Source of the DNA: Tubulanus polymorphus
Taxonomy: Eukaryota; Animalia; Nemertea
Length of the DNA: 64,000 nt
Assembly: GCF_964204645.1 (NCBI RefSeq)
Contig: NC_134033.1
Span: 10,176,655-10,240,654, forward strand
Direction: 5' to 3'
A program made the translations under genes and the position numbers. Of this stretch, positions 38,986 to 54,000 are shown in pieces (positions within the stretch are counted from its first letter, which is position 1; each line of letters begins with the position of its first letter). The notes below the pieces were generated by a model. That model was given only the letters and a program-made list of their open reading frames with translations, was not told the DNA's origin and ran no database searches.

Positions 38986-39623
38986 AATGAAAATTGTAGG
39001 GTAATTTTAGCATCACCAATATTAACAGACGTTATTTTTTAATCTTCACGTGGAATTCTCATATTAGCTACACAACATAGGAAGGAAACTTCGGTTAAAA
39101 TATGACTATAAACGCGTAGATAGGTCTTCTAAAAGTTCATACGGACGTTGTTGATGAAAACGTCGTGATTAATGAAATGTCGCGTTTTGTGGACATTGAG
39201 AGCTCATTTGTTTCGATGTCGTCACAAAATTAATGAACCAAGAGAAAACTTTTTTGACCCGATTAATTCTACCCACGACCGACCGATTAATTCTACCCTC
39301 GACTGACATGATTATTTTCATTCATAATTTATTCATACGAATGAAAGCAATCCATGAAATGAATTCATCTATAAATCAACAAAATCACCCTCGAGCTTAC
39401 AAATGCTTCTTTTTGATATCCATTTCAATTTGTCAAGTTTAGATGCTTTTTTATAGGTTGTTTCTAGGCTTTTAGAATAAAAGGGTTAGAGACAATAGGG
39501 TCTGATTAGATATTAACTAATAACGTATAACATCCCACAAGCAGCAAAAGTCAGAAAGTTCTAGGGTAAATGAGAATATATTTCGAGCAATGTGTTAACG
39601 GCTATTGAATGATAGCCGTCATC

Positions 39624-39732
39624 AGGGCCCGGTCTTAAAGACTGGTATTACCTTTAACACGGGGGATTCATTATAAATTGAGTTAGCCCCACGCCCCCGG
39701 TTAAAGGTACCAGTCTATAAAATCGGCGCCAG
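39624..39732. mobile_element. Small palindromic MITE family (related pieces at ~8685-8840 and ~45088-45130)
   Basis: AGACTGGTATTA..TTTAA..CGGGGG / CCCCCGGTTAAAGGTACCAGTCT inverted pair; similar strings at the other two sites. Confidence 0.55.
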
Positions 39733-42059
39733 GAGTACACAATAAATACAACTGTTGTAACAACTGTCTGATTAGATACTAACAGTGTGAATCACTGGTT
39801 ACCGATCATCACACTGACCAGACTAACTTACAAAGTACGGCAATCACTACTTATCAGTCTTGTAGTTGGCACGCCCGCCTGGCACGTTGGAGTCAGAGCT
39901 AGGGTTAGGGTTATACGCGGGCCAGCTACGGAGGGGGTTAGGCGCTATTTTTGGCCAATGAGGTCTAATTGTCGGTTGAACAGTCTTCCTGTATATTTCT
40001 TTTATGGTGGAAAATAAACGTTTTGAAGTAAAGAATTAACGTCGTTTAATTTCTCTCTATTCGCATATGCTCAAATCTTACACCACATCGATAAAGTAAA
40101 CGGGTCAAATTCATTGACCGAACTAATAATTCATGACACTGCATTCAGGTTTAGGGGGAGCTCTTTTTAGAAAATCTATTATGAGAATTGTCGAAATGGT
40201 ACATGAAAAATTGAGACATACCGGTACTAATATCACTATTTTATTCAAGAAAAAAACCGGTCGTTACATTTTTCAGCAGCTTCAAACGAGGCGTCAACGG
40301 CGCATTATTTGCACAGTTGCCACATATCTCTATGACTACCCAATCAACATTGCATTAACACATAACTTTCAACTGGTGGCTGCTACAAGATGTTAATTAG
40401 AATAACATTCGCCGCTACGGCTTGCGTCATGCTGATAATTTTCGCTCCTTTAAAGTCCAGTCGTCAATGTGATGGATTAGAAAAAATGGCCGGGTAACTG
40501 CTTGACCTGACAAACACACCTGCGTAGAATGAGAACCCGGTTCAAAATACAAGAGTTTTTGCTCGTTATGATCAATTGTGTTTTGAGCATTGGAATTTGA
40601 GGCGCCGCTGTAAAAGATGTGACTCTACCAGCGCTAATAATACTGTTTCCGTGTTGTTTACGATTTCATACGAAAACGACAGTTTTTTTCAAAAGGAATA
40701 TATTCAAGAAAAAAATATCGAAATAAAGTGAATGTGTGTCAATTCACGGAATCTAATGAATCGAAAGAAGCGCTTTAGGTCAGGGCTTCGAGGATTGAAT
40801 ATTATTTCAAGGAATAACAGGGAATCAGTTATAGTGAATCTTAACTAGACGTTTTCAATGAAAATAAGACGGCGCGATTCGAAACATCGTAAGTGCAAAA
40901 CTAAAACTGTTCATTCACTGATTACGATCTATTGAATTTACTGTAACTGGCGCGTGGAGTGTTAAAGTAAAAAAGAAAAAAAAACAACAACATCGCCTTC
41001 AGTAAATCAGGTATCGTCGGGATTGCTGAAAATATATCGCCCAGTTTCACGGATACCCAGTTTCACGGATACCCAGAGTCCATCGGATACCGAGTTGAGA
41101 ATCGGAAACTAAGTACATTTCTCAAGAAGATCAATTCTAGTAGAATTCACCAGTGAATTGACCGGATGCCGGTGTACGCAGGGGTCTACTGTCAAAAGTC
41201 AGCGCAATTCTAACTCGCGCACAATAAGAAAAAGCATTCACGAACGCGACGTTTCAGTTGTCAAGTGAAGATACGAAGTAAACAAACCCCCCTAACGATA
41301 TATTCGTACATAGAAATACGTGCCATAGAACGAGGTACTTAAATTAATAATTCATCAATCGTTCAAACGACCCGTTTCACCGGTTTCTAATGGATTTCTC
41401 ATTTTATTCGCCATTCGCTTCGTTTTCTCAATACCCCGTGTAGTGATTTATCGGCCGTAACGTTATTAAAAATCGGAAATACGAATATGAATTTTCTTTT
41501 GTTTCGATTTTCATAAATCGCCGATAGAAATATTCACGATCACCGAATGGTTCGATTTGTAATCGATTCCAGCCGGGGAACGGCGGGTGACGTGAAATTG
41601 TGATCGAAATATTTTACAAACGAGGGACGTTATCAAATGTGTCCCCAACAACTACGAATTTGTTTAGAACAGGTCGTGATTGTCCGAATGGCGGTATTTG
41701 ACATAACGCGCTGAAAAGTGTGACAAACGCGCGGCATGAATCCATCCTAGACTGACTGTGTTGGGTAATATACAACACCTCGCCTGAACGGGCAGCGAAT
41801 ACAGGTGGTTGAACCGTTATTAGACTGGCCACCCATCATCGTAATGCAACATAGCGCGAGGTTCACGAAAAAAACACGAAATAACGTCTCGTTAAACTTT
41901 GGAAACAAGATGGGGATTAAAGATTTTATTTCTACTGGATCAACAAGGATTGGATCCATAATACGCGACAAACTCTTAATTCTCGTGTTGAATTATGCGA
42001 GTTTTTTCGACTACACGAAAATAACTCGTCGTCGAACGTCATCCGGTTCGTGTCAATTT

Positions 42060-45000
42060 ATGGATGGACGAAATTGTAAAAAACGCCGGCGCCGCGACGT
42101 GAGCTGCAGCAGCAGCGGCAGCGACAGCAGCACGATAGGAAACAACGTTAGACCGACAAATCGAATAACCCATACAATTTCCGTCGCATTATCGGGTAAG
42201 TGAGAATAACAGTGATATCTCGTGACGTTAAATCCCCCACAGGATCGAATACATTTTTACGACAACGGCACGTTACATATTCAATCTGACACATATTCAA
42301 TCGCACCGTCCACCCGGCCAACCCGTCCACCCATCCACCGGTTCACCTATCCACCAATTGATAATGAGCAAGAAGATATAACTTAATATGAACTTAATAT
42401 TGACTGTAATATGAATTCCCACTCGAAGGATAAAGAGTGCGAAAAGGTGATTTCAGCGAATGATTCGACCATATCGTTACAGCCATCTTCCGGAATACTG
42501 CATTGCTTTTCCTTTGAGATTTTAGAGCGTTGTTACAACACGGACTCACCGTGTTTGATTACTGGTCGAGAGTGTATCAAGTATTATGATATTATGAGAT
42601 CCAAACTAGGGGTAACATACAGCATAAAAACAGTTACAAAGTATACACATTTATAACATAGCAAACACTTAATAAACACTTAATAATCAGTCTCTTCGTT
42701 TTGGACTGTACATATATATTTAAAGTAGATAAAATTTTGTTACAACATTTGTATTCCTGAAGATGACGATTAGGATATAGTGGAAATGTCGAATGAATAG
42801 CTCAAGGAATAAGTATTCCTGAATTAGACTACGGGGATATAGTCGAAACATCGAATAAACTACCAGCTCAAGGAATGCAGTATTCCTGAAGATGATTATT
42901 AGAATTAAGTCGAAACGTTAAACATATTACTAGCTGAACGAATACGGTGGACTGGAAACGTTGAATGGATATTAGCTGAAGTAAACATTTCGGACTTTTA
43001 GCGAGCTTTTGCAGTCATCGACTTGGTGACGTCATCAACCGTATGCCTAAGCATTAACTTAGCGTCTCTCCAGACAAACATTCATGAATACCGTAAGCGA
43101 ACAAGTATTTGACGGGCGAATGACCAATGCTTTTATGACTTCCAATGACCCGGCACAACTGGAAAAGTTATTACTATATTTATGAATTATAGTGAAAAGC
43201 AAGTGGTAAAAACTCTGGTAACTTTAATCATGGACATTCGCTACAATCCCTACTTTGCCATCCTCCGTCCAATCGTAGCGATTCTTAATGTCTTTAGGCA
43301 ACGCAAAAATACCCTGATTTTCATCAGTCTTAATGACAAGCGCGGCAGGTTTTCATTTTTACATCCGTTTAAAAAAAAGATAGAAATAAAAAGCCTAATT
43401 CTTAATTTTACAATAAAAATATACCATCGTTAAACTATCAAAAACAGTCAGTCGATAAACTTGACTCCGTCACTAACCGGTCTGGTTTAATTTCTACAGC
43501 CCTTTGATTCTCAGATTTCAGATTCATCAGAATGATTCCGATTCCGATGAACTTCTTGATTGTTTCGTTACTGTCCGGTATGATTAATGAACAAGAAAAC
43601 TAACTTTACAAGTTTATTGACGCCTTGAAAAATACACATATGTACTTCTATATTATCGACAATGAATACTATAATATAAATCATGTAATAGCAAGGATCA
43701 GTGAAGTTATTTTGGTTTTGAATATACATCTTCACCCGTCAAGGGATTCGAACCCACTACGCTAAAGCTGTTCCCCGAACCCTTTGACCTCACGAGTCGT
43801 TGGAGTCGTTACTAGCCGACCAGAATCCGGCCGTACCAATCACAGCGCTTGTAACAAACCGCCAGTAGACTTCTGTTGGGTTTCCCGTTAAATTGACCAA
43901 TCAGCGAACGTTTTACCGAACAAGGAAGTATTTCGCAAATCGATATATGACGTCACGCGCAACAGCTCCAGTAATGAAATCACGCTTCGTGAGGCCAGGG
44001 GGCTGGTGGAAGCGAGTTCGGGAGTGATACCGGACCCCTGGCAAGCGAGGATCTGAATATATCGATAACTGAATTGAATCGACCGACCGGCAACCAGTCT
44101 AGCCCGGATATATTGATGACGTAGTGCACGTCCTCTCAAGGAATAATTTTCTAAAGTTATGAAAAATAAAATTAGAATTATGGAATTTATTCAATTTCAA
44201 AATAAACACCAAAATTCATATTTGTAACTGTTATTTTGAAACGCCAATATTGATGACGTAGTGCACATCGACTCACACATAACTCCTCATATAACGCATA
44301 CTTGGTACTTCAATGCATATAAACATTATCGTAACGGTTTTTACGGCGTCAAAAAACCCGATGAGACCATCAGGCTCTCAGTAAATTTGGCTCAGTGCCG
44401 GACCGGACGTAAACCGAGTTGTCGCGAATCGCAATCCGTTTCAGCTAGTTTTGAGTTATTTTGTCTTTTTTTCTCTCCGGATCCGTCAAACATTTGTTGT
44501 CTCCTTTAATCAATCTTTCGAAGATATATGGTTCCAGAACCATCCTTCCGATAAAAGACAGTTTCTTAGATATTGATACTGACCAAAATCGAATCCATTT
44601 TGATTAATTTTGTTATAGTTCCACAATTCAAGACGCTAGCTAATTCTACACGCTACGATGCACATAGTGCGCCTGGACAATAGGCCACGCGTGTATTTTA
44701 ACTAAAACACTGTGGCACTGAATGCTGATATCGGATAACGTAAAATTACAGATAACCCATCAATCATATGTTAGCACAAGCGAGCTACAGGATTGATGGT
44801 CGTTCATTATTATTCCTCTTGACAACACGGGCTTAGCTCATTTCATGAATGGTCGAGAGCTTTACCAGACGAAATATCAGGGGTTTGTACCAGGCGGGTT
44901 GTCGGGGCTTTGCACCAGGTGGAGTACCGAGACCGGCGTTTCGAAGTAGAAAAAGTTTCTTTCAAGTATAACTAATATTGAGATAATTATTATGATTCAT

Positions 45001-48000
45001 GAAACTTTGATTCATAATTTGAGGAAATCCTCCTTGCCCCAGTTTTATTATGTTACCGTATGATGATTCTTGGTATCGCCAAGTATGGTTTTATAGACTG
45101 GTATTAACTTTAAACCGGGGGCTAACTCAACGTCGTTTCTCAGTGCAGGACCGGGCCGATTAAAGGGGGTTTAGGGACAGTGCCCCTCAAAAGCCAGAGT
45201 GTCCAAAAATTCGGGCCATGATTTTTTTGAAATTTGGATACAATTTACATTTTTTGGAATATGAAAACTCATCCATTCTAAAATAATCTATGGAGGTGTT
45301 CTTTTTAAATCTCCCTTTAAAAATTAGAATTTTAAAATTAAACTGAAATTAAACTTGAAATGAAGAACCTACTGAAATGTGTATATGTATCATATGTATT
45401 CGACTTTCCTGGATGTGCTACGTGAGACATAGATTACCTATTAGGCGATTACTTCTGTTATCATTTCTTGAAATCATTAGACCATGGACGTATAAACTAG
45501 AATTTAATATCTAGTTTATACGTCCATATCTATGCCAATAATATCAGTTAACAATCCAATCATCCACAGTGCAGGTACTATTGGCTTCCACTCCAAATGA
45601 ATAGTCAAACTGCACTCACTTTGTTCTCTCTAAATTTTCACAAGAAACCCTCGCTAATTAGTTGTTTTTTTGCGTCGATCAGAGTAAGCTGGCATTGATG
45701 ATAATACCAGAGATATGCAATGCAGTTTGGCCTGAGAATCGTTCACAGGCATTCAACCTCAGTAAACTCCTTTCATGTGAAAAAAATCCACTAAAAACCG
45801 ACCTATCTGATCTCACCATTTTTGATTTGTTCTATTGGTTACATTCACGTGTCTCAGCTCAATCCTTATAGTTGGGCATTTCTAGAGGTTAAATGCAGCC
45901 CGAGGTATGAAACGTGGGCGGCCTCACATAACGGAATCCCGCTTCGTGCTTCGTTTTATTTTGTTTTCCTAATAAATCCTATCTTATTCGACAGGCTTTC
46001 TCTATTTTCTTATGTTCTCACCGAAGCTCTAAAAGCTCGGCATGGGCCTGTAGCCCTGGAATTCAGTCGAATCGAATTGAAATGTATTTAGACACAAAAG
46101 AACAGCACAGAAGTGAATACAAATACACAGATATGGATCAAAATAAAGGTCCAATGGCCCTGTGGCTCACCATCAAATCATTGAGTGCATATAATATATA
46201 TTAATATAAGTAATAATATCATTGTCAAAAATATAATACTAAATATAAATTAATTTGGATTGAAGATGTATGAGGCTGACAATATACGCCTGCGCATGTG
46301 TGAAAGTCCTGTGTATACTATCATCACCGAGTCACTGTGTGCTATATATAGAGGTCTCGCGCGTGACGTCACGCTGTTCGAACCGGCTTTTGCCAACCAA
46401 CATGGCCGACCAACAAGATGTCACGTGATATGATGACGTCAATGCAGATTTATGTTCCAATTTCCGGTTTTGACCAGCGCCACCAAACGAGTAAATCCAG
46501 AACTTGAATTTGTCGATATCCCGTATTGCGTCTTTGAAGTTTATTTTCAAAATTTCGGCACTCACTACTCGTGGATATAGTGCCTCTTTTTAATAATCAT
46601 TGCTTTTTTCATCGGGTGCTGCCCCTCAATATAAGCTCTGGGTTCGCCCCTGATAAGCAGTTGTTATATTAACCGACGCTAAATTTTTGACAATATACGT
46701 TGACGAGCGTATTTAGCTCACATCAATAGCTACATTTGAGTTGTAAGACAAAATTCGCAATTCAAACTACCAATCGGAAGGCAGGAGAGAGGGTCAATGA
46801 TGGTTTTTTAATATATAGCCCACGATAGCATGGAAACGCCATCTTGAAATCACTTCCAATATCGGCATTACTAAAAAGCGGGCCTGCTAAGCGTCGAATT
46901 ACGTGTGAACCCAACACACTCTGCACTCTGAGGAGTATGTGCCAAGCCATGTGCTTTTTTGTAATAAGTTTGATATTCTATTTCAGACAAGGTTTCGTAC
47001 ATCAAAACGTTTCATGTCTCCCAAAAGTATACAATCGCTTGGTATTGACTGAGCAGTTAGGGACGTCTAGAGTTGAGCGATATTCAAACAGCGATAACGT
47101 TTCTAGAACAATAACATGATTTTTTTAGTGCCCCAATCTGATCCGAATAACCACAGAAAATTAATAAATATAGTTCACCATGTGTTGAAATAATAATGCT
47201 GGCAACTCTTCTTAGATACTATTCACTGTTCATAAGTACATATTGTAAGGTCTTTGTAGTAACAAAAGACAGCATCGTATAAACTTGCTAGAAAGGTTAT
47301 TTCTTTCGAGAAACAAATTTCTTGTTCGATTTTTAATTACGTGGGGTGGGTTACGGCACTGGATTAAGAAAATGACGAGTTGAATTCAATCGGCATTCAG
47401 TTTTACACTTCAAACGATTGGATAGAGCATCAAATGAAGATAATTGAACGTAACTTTACATATTAATATGGTAAACAACGATGCCGTTGACTAGCATTAT
47501 AATGTTTACACGAACGAAATTCTACACAAATGAAATTAGAATGAAATGGGGGTACCCGCAGTGCTACTGTGGCAATCGAGGATTAAACTTAAGGCGGGTC
47601 AGGATCCGGATTGCTAGTAGATAGTTGGTCGTTCGATTTCTTCTAATTCACATTTCAATTAAATCTAGATGAACTTTTTCTTAAATGAATCAATGGAAAC
47701 AATACCGATATCCGAGAAGAAAAATTAAAGTATTGTATATCTGATGGGTGTTGTGATTATACATGGATTGAGGAGTCTAAAAATCCAGTTCAAAGTTAAT
47801 TGAACATGAACTAATTTTGACAACGGACGATTTACTGCTTGTCATGCCATCTGGCAGGATAGCTGGTTATCATTATTATATCAGCATTTGTTGTAGGTTC
47901 GGGAGAGTTGGCACAGTCAGTGTATGCGTGTAGGCATGTCCAAGATTAATGATACATTGGTGCAGAGGGTTCAAAGATGATTTACTAGAATATAAAAGGC

Positions 48001-51000
48001 CAAAAAAGATGCCTTGTTTCTCATCACACTTTTGTTTTTTACCATAACAAGGGCGGGCAGTTTTTATTTGTATGTACATTTTTAAAAAAAGTAGAAATAA
48101 AAAGAACTGTTTGAATATTTTTTTGGAGATGCGGGAGGTGTCTTTTTATTTTTATCGTAACAATAAAAACATCCCTCTGACACACCATTCCTCTTCAAAT
48201 GCGGGAGGTAGTTTTTTAATTCTTAGCACCACATTTGCACGAAAAATAAAAAAGAAATCGGTTCGAAATGAGAATCACGCCAGAAAACAAACCTGGAAAT
48301 AGCTCCAGCGACCTTGGCATTTGATATAGGCCTACGGTAACCGACTCCGGCGTTGATATATATGGGTTCGAGTCACCAGTGGTGCCGATGATATTTATAC
48401 GATCGACTTTTCTCGATACGTTCATACAGAAATAAAATGATAAAAAGAAAACGATATGCTTATTATATCAATGTGGGCGTGCGAATTTTGATTTTTTATT
48501 AAAAAAACACATTTATTTTCGAGCTATGATGCGGGAGGGCGGACTTTATTTTCATCGCTAATTCGCCGATGATTTTTTCCGATGCGGGCGGGATTTCAAA
48601 ATCACGAGAAACAGGGCATCTTTTTGTGGCCAAAAGAAGCTTTTATAAATTGGCAACAGTTTAAGTGATCTTGGAAACTGTCAATAAAGATAAACATGAT
48701 ATCAATCAAAAGAGAGGGACCAAAGGTCAATTTTGGATAATTTCATTTCAGTAACGATGCTGCTGATGATAATGATAGAAACAGTCCAATCAAGTGGAAG
48801 TACAACAACTAGCTCTACAACTGTGATAACAGCCAGTCCAACTACAACTGAAACGAGAACGAGTCCAAACATTACTGAGACTACAGCCAACCCAAGTACA
48901 ACTGAGACTACATCCAGTCCAACTACAACCGAGTCTACAACCAATCCAACTACAACTGAGTCCATAACGAGTTCAACTACAACTGAGACTACAATCAGTC
49001 CAACTACAACAGAATCTACAACCAATCCAACTACAAAGGAGTCTACAAACAGTCCAACTACAACTGAGACTACAACCAGTCCAACTTCAACTGAGTCAAC
49101 AACCAGTCCAACTACAACTGAGACTGCAACCAGTCCAACTACAACTGAGACTATAAACAGTCCAACTATAACTGAATCAACAACCAGTCCAACTACAACT
49201 GAGTCAACAACCAGTCCAACTACAACTGAGGCTACAACCAGTCCAACTACAACTGTGACTACTACCAGTCCAACTACAACTGAGTCAACAACCAGTTCAA
49301 CTTCAAGTGAGTCAGCAAACAGTCCAACTACATCTGTGACTACTGCCAGTCCAACTACATCTGAGTCGACAACCAGTTCAACTTCAACTGAGTCATCAAC
49401 CAGCCCAACAACAACTGAGACTACTACCATTCCAACTACAACTGAGTCAACAACCAGTCCAACAACAACTGAGACCACAACAAGTCCTACCACAACTGAG
49501 AGTACAACCAGTCCAACTACGACTGTGACTTCTACTAGTCCAACTACATCTGAGTCGACAACCAGTTCAACTTCAACTGAGTCATTAACCAGCCCAACAA
49601 CAACTGAGACTACTACTAGTCCAACTACAACTGTGACTTCTACCAGTCCAACTACAACTGAGTCAACAACCAATCCAACAACAACTGAGACCACAACAAG
49701 TCCTACCACAACTGAGAGTACAACCAGTCAAACAACAACTGAGACTACAACCAGTCCAACTACAACTGAGTCGACAACCAGTTCACCTTCAACTGAGGCT
49801 ACAACCAGTCCAACCACAACTGAATCCACAACAATTCCTACCACGACTGAGAGTACAAACAGTCCAACTACAACTGTGACTTCTACTAGTCCAACTACAT
49901 CTGAGTCGACAACCAGTTCAATTTCAACTGAGTCATTAACCAGCCCAACAACAACTGAGAGTACAACCAGTCCAACTACAACTGATACTACAACCAGTCC
50001 AACTACAACTGAGTCAACAACCAGTCCAACAACAACTAAGACTACAACCAGCCAGACTACAACTCAGACTAAAACCAGTCCTACTACAACTGAGAGTACA
50101 ACCAGTCCAACTAAAACTGAGACTACAACGAGTCCAACTACAACTGAGAGTACAACCAATCCAACAACAACTGAGACCACAACAAGTCCTACCACAACTG
50201 AGAGTACAACCAGTCCAACAACAACTGAGACTACAACCAGTCCAACCACAGCTGAGAGTACAACCAGTCCAACTACAATTGTGACTACTACCAGTCCAAG
50301 TACAACTGAGTCGACAACCAGTTCAACTTCAACTGAGGCTACAACCAGTCCAACCACAACTGAATCCACAACAAGCCCTACAACGAATGAGAGTAAAACC
50401 AGTCCAATTACAACTCTGACTTCTACTACTCCAACTACATCTGAGTCGACAACCAGTTCACCTTCAACTGAGTCATTAACCAGCCCAACAACAACTGAGA
50501 CTACTACCATTCCAACTTCAACTGAGTCAACAACCAGTCCAACAACAACTGAGACCACAACAAGTTCTTCCACAACTGAGAGTACAACCAGTCCAACTAC
50601 GGCTGTGACTTCTACTAGTCCAACTACATCTGAGTCGACAACCAGTTCAACTTCAACTGAGTCATTAACCAGCCCAACAACAACTGAGACTACTACTAGT
50701 CAAACTACAACTGTGACTTCTACTAGTCCAACTACATCTGAGACGACAACCAGTTCAACTTCAACTGAGGCTACAACCAGTCCAATTACAACTGAGTCCA
50801 AAACGAGTCCTACCATAACTGAGAGTACAACCAGTCCAACTACAACTGAGGCTACAACCAGTCCAAATAAAACTGTGTCGACAACCAGTTCAACTACAAG
50901 TGAGAGTACAACAAGTCCAACTACAACTGAGAGTACAACCAGTCCAACTACAACTGAGTCAACAACCAGTCCAACTACAACTGAGAGTACAACCAGTCCA

Positions 51001-54000
51001 ACTACAACTGTGACTACTACCAGTCCAACTACATCTGAGTCGACAACCAGTTCAACTTCAACTGAGGCTACAACCAGTCCAACCACAGCTGAGTCCACAA
51101 CGAGTCCGACTACAACTGAGAGTACAACCAGTCCAACTACAACTGAGGCTACAACCAGTCCAACTACAACTGAGTCGACAACCAGTTCAACTACAAGTGA
51201 GAGTACAACCAGTCCTACTACAACTGAGAGTACAACCAGTCCAACTACAACTGAGTCAACAACCAGTCCAACTACAACTGAGAGTACAACCAGTCCAACT
51301 ACAACTGTGACTACTACCAGTCCAACTACAACTGAGTCGACAATCAGTTCAACTTCAACTGAGGCTACAACCAGTCCAACCACAACTGAGTCCACAACAA
51401 GTCATACCACAACTGAGAGTACAACCAGTCCAACTACAACTGTCGCTTCTACTATTCCAACTACATCTGAGTCACTAACCAGCCTAACAACAACTGAGAC
51501 TACTACCAGTCCAACTACAACTGAGTCGACAACCAGTTCAATCTCAACTGAGTCATTAACAAGCCCAACAACAACTGAGAGTACAACCAGTCCAACTACA
51601 AATGAGACTACAACCAGTCCAACTACAACTAAGTCGACAACCAGTTCAATTTCAACTGAGTCATTAACCAGCCCAACAACAACTGATAGTACAACCAGTC
51701 CAACTACAACTGTGACTACTACCAGTCCAACGACAACTGAGTCGCCAACCAGTTCAACTTCAACTGAGGCTACAACCAGTCCAACCACAACTGAGTCCAC
51801 AACAAGTCCTACCAAAACTGAGAGTACAACCAGTCCAATTACAACTGTGACTTCTACTACTCCAACTACATCTGAGTCAACAACCAGTTCACCTTCAACT
51901 GAGTCAACAACCAGTCCAACAACAACTGAGACCACAATAAGTCCTACCACAACTGAGAGTACAACCAGTCCAACTACGACTGTGACTTCTACTAGTCCAA
52001 CTACATCTGAGTCGACAACCAGTTCAACTTCAACTGAGTCATTAACCAGCCCAACAACAACTGAGACTACTAGTAGTCCAACTACAACTGAGACTACAAC
52101 CAGTCCAACTACATCTGAGTCGACAACCAGTTCAATTTCAACTAAGTCATTAACCAGCCCAATAACAACTGAGAGTACAGCCAGTCCAACTACAACTCAG
52201 ACTACAACCAGTCCAACTACAACTGAGTCAAAAACCAGTCCAACAACAACTGAGACTACAACCAGTTCAACTACAACTAAGTCAACAACCAGTCCAACAA
52301 CAACTGAGACTACAACCAGTCCAACTATAACTGTGACTACTACCAGTCCAACTACAACTGAGTCGACAACCAGTTCAACTTCAACTGAGGCTATAACCAG
52401 TCCAACCACAACTGAGTCCACAACAAGTCCAACTACGACTGTGACTTCTACTAGTCCAACTACATCCGAGTCGACAACCAGTTCAACTTCAACTGAGTCA
52501 TTAACAAGCACAACATCAACTGAGACTACTACCAGTTCAACTACAACTGAGACTACAACTAGTCCAACTACAACTGTGACTTCTACCAGTCCAACTACAA
52601 CTGAGTCAACTTCCAGTCCAACTACAACTGTGACTACTCCGAGTCCAACTACATCTGAGTCGACAACCAGTTCAACTTTATCTGAGGCTACAACCAGTCC
52701 AACCACAGCTGAGTCCACAACAATTCCTACTACAACTGAGAGTACAACCAGTCCAACTACAACTGACGCTACAACCAGTCCAACTACAACTGAGTCGACA
52801 ACCAGTTCAACTACAAGTGAGAGTACAACCAGTCCAACTACAACTGAGTCAACAACCAGTCCAACTACAACTGAGTCGACAACCAGCCCAACAACGACTG
52901 AGAGTACAACCAGTCCAACTACAATTGTGACTACTACCAGTCCAACTACAACTGAGTCGACTACCAGTTCAACTTCAGCTGAGGCTACAACCAGTCCAAC
53001 CACAACTGAGTCCACAACAAGTCCTACCACAACTGAGAGTACAACCAGTCCAACTACAACTGTGACTACTACTAGTCCAACAACATCTGACTCGACAACC
53101 AGTTCAACTTCAACTGAGTCAACAACCAGTCCAACTACAACTATGACTTCCACCAGTCCAACTACAACTGTGACTACTACTAGTCCAACAACATCTGACT
53201 CGACAACCAGTTCAACTTCAACTGAGTCAACAACCAGTCCAACTACAACTATGACTTCCACCAGTTCAACTACAACTGAGACTACATCTAGTCCAACTAC
53301 AACTGTGACTAATATAAGTCCAACTACATCTGAGTCGACAACCAGTTCAACTTCAACTGAGGCTACAACCAGTCCAACCACAGCTGAGTCCACGACAGGT
53401 CCTACAACAACTGAGAGTACAACCAGTCCAACTACAACTGAGGCTACAACCAGTTCAACTACAAGTGAGAGTACAACCAGTCCTACTACAACTGAGAGTA
53501 CAACCTCTCCAACTACAACTGAGTCAACAACCAGTCCAACTACAACTGAGGCTACAAACAGTCCAACCACAACTGAGTCCACAACAAGTCCTACCAAAAC
53601 TGAGAATACAACCAGTCCAATTACAACTCTGACTTCTACTACTCCAACTACATCTGAGTCGACAACCAGTTCACCTTCAACTGAGTCATTAACCAGCCCA
53701 ACAACAACTGAGACTACTACCATTCCAACTACAACTGAGTCAACAACCAGTCCAACAACAACTGAGACCACAACAAGTCCTTCCACAACTGAGAGTACAA
53801 CCAGTCCAACTACGACTGTGACTTCTACTAGTCCAACTACATCTGAGTCGACAACCAGTTCAACTTCAACTGAGTCATTAACCAGCCCAACAACAACTGA
53901 GACTACTACTAGTCAAACTACAACTGTGACTTCTATCAGTCTAACTAAAGCTGAGTCAACAACCAATCCAACAACAACTGAGACCACAACAAGTCCTACC

